Made by a program: the position numbers and the translations under genes. Below, one piece after another: positions 58,277-64,000 of a stretch of DNA of 64,000 nt. The notes beneath the pieces are model-generated. The model had not been told where the DNA came from and did not search any database. It saw nothing but the letters and a program-made list of their open reading frames with translations. This stretch comes from Desulfosudaceae bacterium. GTDB taxonomy: Bacteria > Desulfobacterota > Desulfobacteria > Desulfobacterales > Desulfosudaceae. The first letter of the stretch is position 1. Each line of letters begins with the position of its first letter. The stretch spans positions 2,240,001 to 2,304,000 of the forward strand of contig CAXXDV010000001.1 in NCBI GenBank assembly GCA_963674745.2, read 5' to 3'.

Positions 58277-59596
58277 ATGATGACGACTGACGCGCGATTT
58301 ACAGACGAATTCAAGCACAGGCTCAAATGGCTGATTGTTTTTCGTGCGCTCTTCGCCATTATCCTGCTCGGCTCAACGATTTTTTTCGCTAAGATCAGAA
58401 ATCTGTACTATGACGCCGACGCCCTTATACTGCTCTATATCATTTCCATCTCGACGCTGGTGCTGTCAGCTGTTTATGCCGGTGCTCTGCCGTATGTAAA
58501 GCGGAAACGCCTTTTTTCCTACCTGCAAATCTGCGTTGATACGATTACGGTTACTCTGATTGTATATATTACCGGATGTTTTTACAGCGCTTTTAATTTT
58601 CTTTATCTGATTGTTATTATCAGTGCCTGTTTTTTTCTGTTCCGAAGAGGCGGCATGCTTATCGCGGGGCTTTGCAGTATCCAATACGGTACCTTGATTG
58701 TTCTTGAATATCATGGGCTGATCACTTCCGACCTTGATTTTATTGTTACCGATACGTCATACAGCGGTTCTTATGTGTTGTTTAAAACAACCATTATGAT
58801 GATGGCCTGCTTTGCCGTTGCCTTCCTTACCAGCCTTCTGGTGGAAGAAGAAAGAAAGGCCCGTGGTGAACTGCTGGTCATGCGGAAATACGTCAAACGG
58901 GTGGAAAGAATGGCGGCGGTGGGTGAAATGGCCGCCGGACTGGCCCATGAGATCAGAAATCCGCTGGCCGCCCTTACCGGTGCCATAGAGATGCTGGAAC
59001 CCGAAGTCGATACCGACGACAATCAGGACAACACCAGGTTAAGGAAAATTATTCAGCGTGAGACCAAAAGACTGAACTCGCTGGTGAATAATTTTTTACT
59101 GTTTGCCAAACCCCACAAGGGTAATATAAAAAAAATACCGCTGGATAAGATTCTGGAAGAAACACTGAATCTTTTTGAAGCCGGTTTGAAAAATAAAAAT
59201 AATATTCAATGTGTGACGAATATTGTCGAAGACCTCTGGGTCGACATGGATCCGGAATACCTGCGGCAGATCCTCTGGAACCTGTTGTTGAACGCTGCCG
59301 ATGCGATCAACGAAACAACCGATCAATCCGGCACCATCTCAGTCAATTTGTATCCGGTCAAAAGCAGGATGGTCAGGCTTGAAATTATCGATAACGGTTG
59401 CGGTATGCCCGCGGATCTGGTTGATGTTATATTTGATCCTTTTTTTACGACCAAATCAAAAGGTACTGGTCTGGGGCTTTCAGTTGTCCACAGGCTGGTT
59501 GAATCTTATGGGGGGCGAATTGACTTTGAAAGCGAACCGGGTAAAGGCACCAAGTTTGTGTTGGAATTAAGCCGATCCGGGACAGGGGACCGGTAA
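58277..59596 (+). CDS. PilS-like membrane sensor histidine kinase
   Basis: TM region, AHEIRNPL, NLLLNA, DNGCG, FFTTK..GTGLGL. Confidence 0.85.
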   Translation: MMTTDARFTDEFKHRLKWLIVFRALFAIILLGSTIFFAKIRNLYYDADALILLYIISISTLVLSAVYAGALPYVKRKRLFSYLQICVDTITVTLIVYITGCFYSAFNFLYLIVIISACFFLFRRGGMLIAGLCSIQYGTLIVLEYHGLITSDLDFIVTDTSYSGSYVLFKTTIMMMACFAVAFLTSLLVEEERKARGELLVMRKYVKRVERMAAVGEMAAGLAHEIRNPLAALTGAIEMLEPEVDTDDNQDNTRLRKIIQRETKRLNSLVNNFLLFAKPHKGNIKKIPLDKILEETLNLFEAGLKNKNNIQCVTNIVEDLWVDMDPEYLRQILWNLLLNAADAINETTDQSGTISVNLYPVKSRMVRLEIIDNGCGMPADLVDVIFDPFFTTKSKGTGLGLSVVHRLVESYGGRIDFESEPGKGTKFVLELSRSGTGDR

Positions 59597-59819
59597 ATAT
59601 TGTAATTTTGCCATGTCTCTGTTGCCTGCCGGCAGATCCAGATTCTCGCGTTAGATCCCCATTGCCAGAAATACAGGCCTATATTCAAAGCCCCGGCATC
59701 CTTTTTCCCGGTTTTTTTATTTTAACTTAACCTTGACTATTTTATTAATGTTTTGTTATTTTAAATAGTTTAAATAAAATTTGAGAATTAATTATTAATA
59801 CGGATGGATAAATATCGAA

Positions 59820-61304
59820 ATGGAAAAACCCGAGACAATACTGGAGCTGAGAAAACAGAAAATTCAGACATTGCGAGAGATCGGAATCAACCCTTTTCCG
59901 GCTTCTTTTTCCGTGTCTCATACGGTAGCGGAAGTGGCGGCGCTGATCGAAGAAGGCCGGGCGCCGGCCCCGGATGATGATCAGGAACTGACCTTGGCCG
60001 GTCGTATTATTGCGGTAAATAATTTTGGTAAATCCGCATTTATCCGGTTCCGTGACCGAACCGGAACCATGCAGGCTTATCTTCAGCGAAATGTGGTCGG
60101 AGAAGAAGCCTACGGGCTGTTTAAACAAACGGATATCGGAGATTTTATCGGTGTGACCGGCGGTTTTTTTCAGACCAGAACCGGTGAATGGACCATGCAG
60201 GTCAAAAAGTTCAGGTTGCTGTGCAAAGCGACCCGGCCGCTGCCGGAAAAGTTCCACGGGCTCAAAGATCCGGAAAAGCGATATCGAAAGCGGTATCTGG
60301 ATCTGATGATGAACCAGACCACGCGTGAGCTTTTTATTCTACGGAGCCGGATAATCCAGGCTATCCGGGAGTTTTTCCTCCGGCATGAGTTTATGGAAGT
60401 AGAAACCCCCATGATGCAGCCGATTCCCGGTGGGGCGGAGGCCAGACCCTTTGTAACCCATCATAACGCCCTGGACATGGAACTTTTTTTAAGAATCGCA
60501 CCGGAGCTTTATTTGAAACGCCTGGTCATCGGGGGGTTTGAACGGGTGTTTGAAATCAACCGTAATTTTCGGAATGAAGGGGTTTCATCCCGTCATAATC
60601 CTGAATTCACCATGTTGGAATTTTATCAGGCATATGCGGATTATGAGGTTCTCATGGGGATGACCGAGGAACTGTTCAGTCATGTTTTGATGGCGGCAAA
60701 AGGATCGTTGAGTGTTGAATACCAGGGCCATACGATTGACTTTTCCCCGCCGTGGAAGCGCTTGACATTGGCCGAAGCCATGCGCGATATAGGGGGGTTG
60801 GCCTTGGACCAGCAAAGCAACAAAGACGGCCTGCTGGCATTTGCCGAAACGCACAATGTTCAGTTGACCAAGACCGAAAAATCCGGGAAAATTCTGACCA
60901 AACTGTTTGATGCCCTGGTGGAACCGAAACTGATTCAGCCGACATTTATTACCGAATATCCGGTGGAGGTATCTCCCCTTTCAAAAACCAATGAAAAAAA
61001 TCCGGGTGTTGTCGACCGGTTTGAGCTGTTTATTGCGGGCAATGAAATCGCCAACGGTTTTTCAGAGCTCAATGACCCCGAGGACCAGCACGATCGCTTC
61101 ATGTCCCAGGTCATGGCCAGGCAGGCAGGAGACGAGGAAGCTCACTATATGGATGACGATTATGTTGAAGCCCTCCAATACGGTATGCCGCCCACAGCCG
61201 GTGAAGGAATCGGTATCGACCGGCTGGTCATGCTGTTGACGGACGCGCCCTCCATTCGGGAGGTTATTTTGTTTCCCCACATGAAAAGAATTCCCGGGGA
61301 ATAA
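59820..61304 (+). CDS. lysS: Lysine--tRNA ligase (class II)
   Basis: LRIAPELYLK, FRNEG, HNPEFT, GIGIDR. Confidence 0.97.
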   Translation: MEKPETILELRKQKIQTLREIGINPFPASFSVSHTVAEVAALIEEGRAPAPDDDQELTLAGRIIAVNNFGKSAFIRFRDRTGTMQAYLQRNVVGEEAYGLFKQTDIGDFIGVTGGFFQTRTGEWTMQVKKFRLLCKATRPLPEKFHGLKDPEKRYRKRYLDLMMNQTTRELFILRSRIIQAIREFFLRHEFMEVETPMMQPIPGGAEARPFVTHHNALDMELFLRIAPELYLKRLVIGGFERVFEINRNFRNEGVSSRHNPEFTMLEFYQAYADYEVLMGMTEELFSHVLMAAKGSLSVEYQGHTIDFSPPWKRLTLAEAMRDIGGLALDQQSNKDGLLAFAETHNVQLTKTEKSGKILTKLFDALVEPKLIQPTFITEYPVEVSPLSKTNEKNPGVVDRFELFIAGNEIANGFSELNDPEDQHDRFMSQVMARQAGDEEAHYMDDDYVEALQYGMPPTAGEGIGIDRLVMLLTDAPSIREVILFPHMKRIPGE

Positions 61305-61353
61305 TTATTTGTAACTTTTTTTGCTGATATCGAGACGATTACGGTAAAACAAT

Positions 61354-62598
61354 ATGAACTACGAATTTTTGATCAGCAGGCGCCATTTAATGGCCCCCCG
61401 GGGTAACGCGTTTGTTTCGTTCATCACCCTGCTGTCGGTTGCCGGTGTGGTCATCGGTGTCATGGCTTTAATTATTGTAATTGCCGTCATGTCAGGATTC
61501 GAAAATGATATTAAACAAAGAATCCTTGGCGTGGAATCCCATATCGTTCTGTTTCATCATGGCGGACAGATTACCGGCTATGATAAGATTGTCGGGCAGG
61601 TTGAACAGATGAAGCCGGTGGTCTCGGCTTTGCCTTTTGTGATGACTCAGGTCATGCTCCGGTCGGCATCCGGCGTGACGGGCGGGATTTTAAGAGGTGT
61701 CGATCCGGAACGGGCGGCCGCATCCATACGGATTTTTGAACCGTTTGAGTCCTTAAACGAAAGGTTGACCTGCCGGGAACAGAGCACGGATAATGTCGGC
61801 CAGCCGCCGGGAATTATCCTGGGAAAAGAGCTGGCCGGACGTCTAAGGGTGGGGGAAGGCGACATCGTCTATCTGGTCCTGTCCATGGGGGCATTATCAC
61901 CGGTAGGCCATATGCCGGCAGTCAAACGATTTGAAGTGACCGGTATATTCGAAGCCGGTATGCATGATTTTGACAGCGCGTTTGCTTTTGTCCATCTGGC
62001 AGAAGCCCAGCGGATACTGCACATGGAGGATGCTGTCAGCGGCATTGACATTCGTGTTAAGGATATTTACAAGGCGCGGGTGATCGCTGAGAATATTGTA
62101 GCTAGCCTGGGCGGTTATCCTTTCTATGCCAGAGACTGGATGACCATGAACCAGAATCTGTTCGCCGCATTGAAGCTGGAAAAGGTCGTCATGTTCATTA
62201 TTCTGACCCTGATCGTCCTGGTGGCGGCATTTAATATCGCCAGTTCCCTGGTCATGATCGTCATGAACAAACGAAAAGAGATCGGCATATTGAAGGCAAT
62301 GGGCGCCACCGGCAAAAGTATCCGGCGAATCTTTGTCATGCAGGGGATGCTGATCGGCGGTGTAGGCACCGCGCTGGGGGGGGGGCTGGGGGTAATTGCC
62401 TGTCTTTTACTCAAGCGGTATCAGTTTATTGAGTTGTCCAGTGACGTTTATTATATTACCAAGTTGCCGGTACAGCTTGAATGGCTTGACGTTACCGCAA
62501 TTGCCGGTGCCGCTCTGCTCATATGCTACCTGTCGACATTATACCCTGCAGCCCAGGCGTCCAGGGTTAATCCGGTGGAGGCGATCCGTTATGGCTAA
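61354..62598 (+). CDS. lolC: Lipoprotein-releasing ABC transporter permease (LolC/E)
   Basis: GVMALIIVIAVMSGF, VAAFNI, EIGILKAMGA, YPA..A. Confidence 0.88.
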   Translation: MNYEFLISRRHLMAPRGNAFVSFITLLSVAGVVIGVMALIIVIAVMSGFENDIKQRILGVESHIVLFHHGGQITGYDKIVGQVEQMKPVVSALPFVMTQVMLRSASGVTGGILRGVDPERAAASIRIFEPFESLNERLTCREQSTDNVGQPPGIILGKELAGRLRVGEGDIVYLVLSMGALSPVGHMPAVKRFEVTGIFEAGMHDFDSAFAFVHLAEAQRILHMEDAVSGIDIRVKDIYKARVIAENIVASLGGYPFYARDWMTMNQNLFAALKLEKVVMFIILTLIVLVAAFNIASSLVMIVMNKRKEIGILKAMGATGKSIRRIFVMQGMLIGGVGTALGGGLGVIACLLLKRYQFIELSSDVYYITKLPVQLEWLDVTAIAGAALLICYLSTLYPAAQASRVNPVEAIRYG

Positions 62599-63334
62599 TA
62601 CAGTTAACGATGGCAAACACCAGAAAAGGGTCGGCGCCGGGCCGTTAATCAGTGGGAGTAATCTTTCCAAAGGCTTTAAAAATGACGGATTGCGGATCGA
62701 GGTGATCAGGGACACCAGTTTTGAAATTTTCGGCGGTGAGTCGATTGCCGTCGTCGGCGCATCGGGAATCGGCAAATCGACCTTTTTACAGGTTATAGGT
62801 GCCCTTGATCCACCGGAAAGTGGCACCCTGCTGCTGGAAGACCGAGATGTCTATGCCCTCGGTGAAACGGAGCTGGCCGGCTTAAGAAACCAGACGATCG
62901 GTTTTGTCTTTCAATTTCACCATCTGCTGCCGGAATTCAGCGCCCTTGAGAATGTCATGATGCCGGGACTCATAAAGCGTGACGACAGTCGATCGGTACG
63001 GCAGAATGCCGAAGAGATGCTTGTCCGGGTGGGGCTTAAAGACAGGCTGCATCACCGGCCGGCTGAGCTTTCAGGCGGAGAACAGCAACGGGTGGCCATT
63101 GCCCGGGCTCTGGTTTTAAACCCGCTGTTGTTGCTCGCTGATGAACCTACGGGTAATCTTGACAAAAAGACCAGCGGTCATATCCATGAACTGCTGCTGG
63201 AATTGAATCACGAGTTGTCAATGACGTTGATCGTTGCCACGCACAGTCCTCATCTGGCAAGACTGATGTCACGCAACCTGACTATAATCGACAACAATAT
63301 CGTTGAAATACGGGATATATCGGAAGCGGGATAA
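62591..63334 (+). CDS. lolD: Lipoprotein-releasing ABC transporter ATPase
   Basis: [36 protein letters not shown]. Confidence 0.92.
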   Translation: MANTVNDGKHQKRVGAGPLISGSNLSKGFKNDGLRIEVIRDTSFEIFGGESIAVVGASGIGKSTFLQVIGALDPPESGTLLLEDRDVYALGETELAGLRNQTIGFVFQFHHLLPEFSALENVMMPGLIKRDDSRSVRQNAEEMLVRVGLKDRLHHRPAELSGGEQQRVAIARALVLNPLLLLADEPTGNLDKKTSGHIHELLLELNHELSMTLIVATHSPHLARLMSRNLTIIDNNIVEIRDISEAG

Positions 63335-63337
63335 ATA

Positions 63338-64000
63338 ATGTTGCTGAATAAAAAGGCGGCAGGATGGGCGTTTTGCTTTAGGCCTGCCAAAATTGTTTTT
63401 TTCTTGATGATTTCGGGCTTAACCCTGGTGTTAACATCATTAACGGTTCCGGTTCTGGCACAAAACGGGACGGAGCAGGAAATCGTGTCAGACGTTCAAA
63501 TACAGGGCAATGTCCGCATTGAATCGGAAGCAATTAAAAAAGTGGTCCAAACCGGCACCGGGGATATTTTTAATAAGCGTCAGCTCTCGGATGATATCAA
63601 GTCGATTTATCGGATGGGCTATTTTGAAGACATTCATGTTGCGATGCAAGACGCCGATGGTGGAAAAATCGTTGTTTTTCATGTCAAGGAAAGGCCGACG
63701 GTCAGAAAGATTCTGTTTAAAAACAATCTTCTGTTTGATACCGACGAACTGATGAAGGAGATTTCCATCACCCGCGGTTCAATTGTCAATGTTGCTGATA
63801 TCCAACGTAATATCAGGCAGCTCAAAGAATTATACAAAAATAAAAATTATTATAATGTTCAAATCACTTACGCCCTTCTTCCGGAAGATAATAATCAGGC
63901 GGACATCGAATTTCATATCGAAGAGGGCGATAAATTCCGGATTCAGAAAATTGATTTTGAAGGAAATCAGGTATACACCGATAAAGAACTGAAAAAAATT
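63338..64000 (+). CDS. bamA: Outer-membrane assembly factor BamA, N-terminal part (truncated by the window edge)
   Basis: Signal peptide then POTRA-like VQIQGNVRIE, MGYFEDI, VKERP; follows lolD. Confidence 0.85.
   Translation, partial: MLLNKKAAGWAFCFRPAKIVFFLMISGLTLVLTSLTVPVLAQNGTEQEIVSDVQIQGNVRIESEAIKKVVQTGTGDIFNKRQLSDDIKSIYRMGYFEDIHVAMQDADGGKIVVFHVKERPTVRKILFKNNLLFDTDELMKEISITRGSIVNVADIQRNIRQLKELYKNKNYYNVQITYALLPEDNNQADIEFHIEEGDKFRIQKIDFEGNQVYTDKELKKI

Overview
Chromosomal window from a Desulfobacterales-like deltaproteobacterium (inferred from gene content and order). The two flanks are conserved housekeeping DNA. Left flank: acetyl-CoA hydrolase/GNAT, tRNA-Gly, rimP-nusA-infB-rbfA-truB-rpsO-pnp-dut, rimO, cobB and an acyl-CoA ligase. 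Right flank: tRNA-Val, scpBA, trpS, a CCA/A-adding enzyme, pilC, pilS, lysS, lolCD and bamA. Between them (about 25.66-49.90 kb) is an AT-rich integron gene-cassette array with 28 attC sites and no integron integrase in the window. The most notable observation is that four unrelated parasitic elements sit exactly in attC core boxes and none interrupts a cassette ORF. (1) A 2,003-nt group II intron lies on the top strand inside R', and its putative EBS1/EBS2 match the attC 3' end. (2) A 216-bp MITE has duplicated the GTT crossover triplet. (3) A 2.3-kb tyrosine recombinase + IS91-type HUH transposase unit is built as an inverted cassette with its own attC and sits in an R'' box; its recombinase needs a -1 shift at A_AAA_AAG. 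(4) A 133-bp orphan insert lies next to another R''. Frameshifts in nusA, infB and the acetyl-CoA hydrolase are probably assembly errors. All calls were made by eye; no database search was run.
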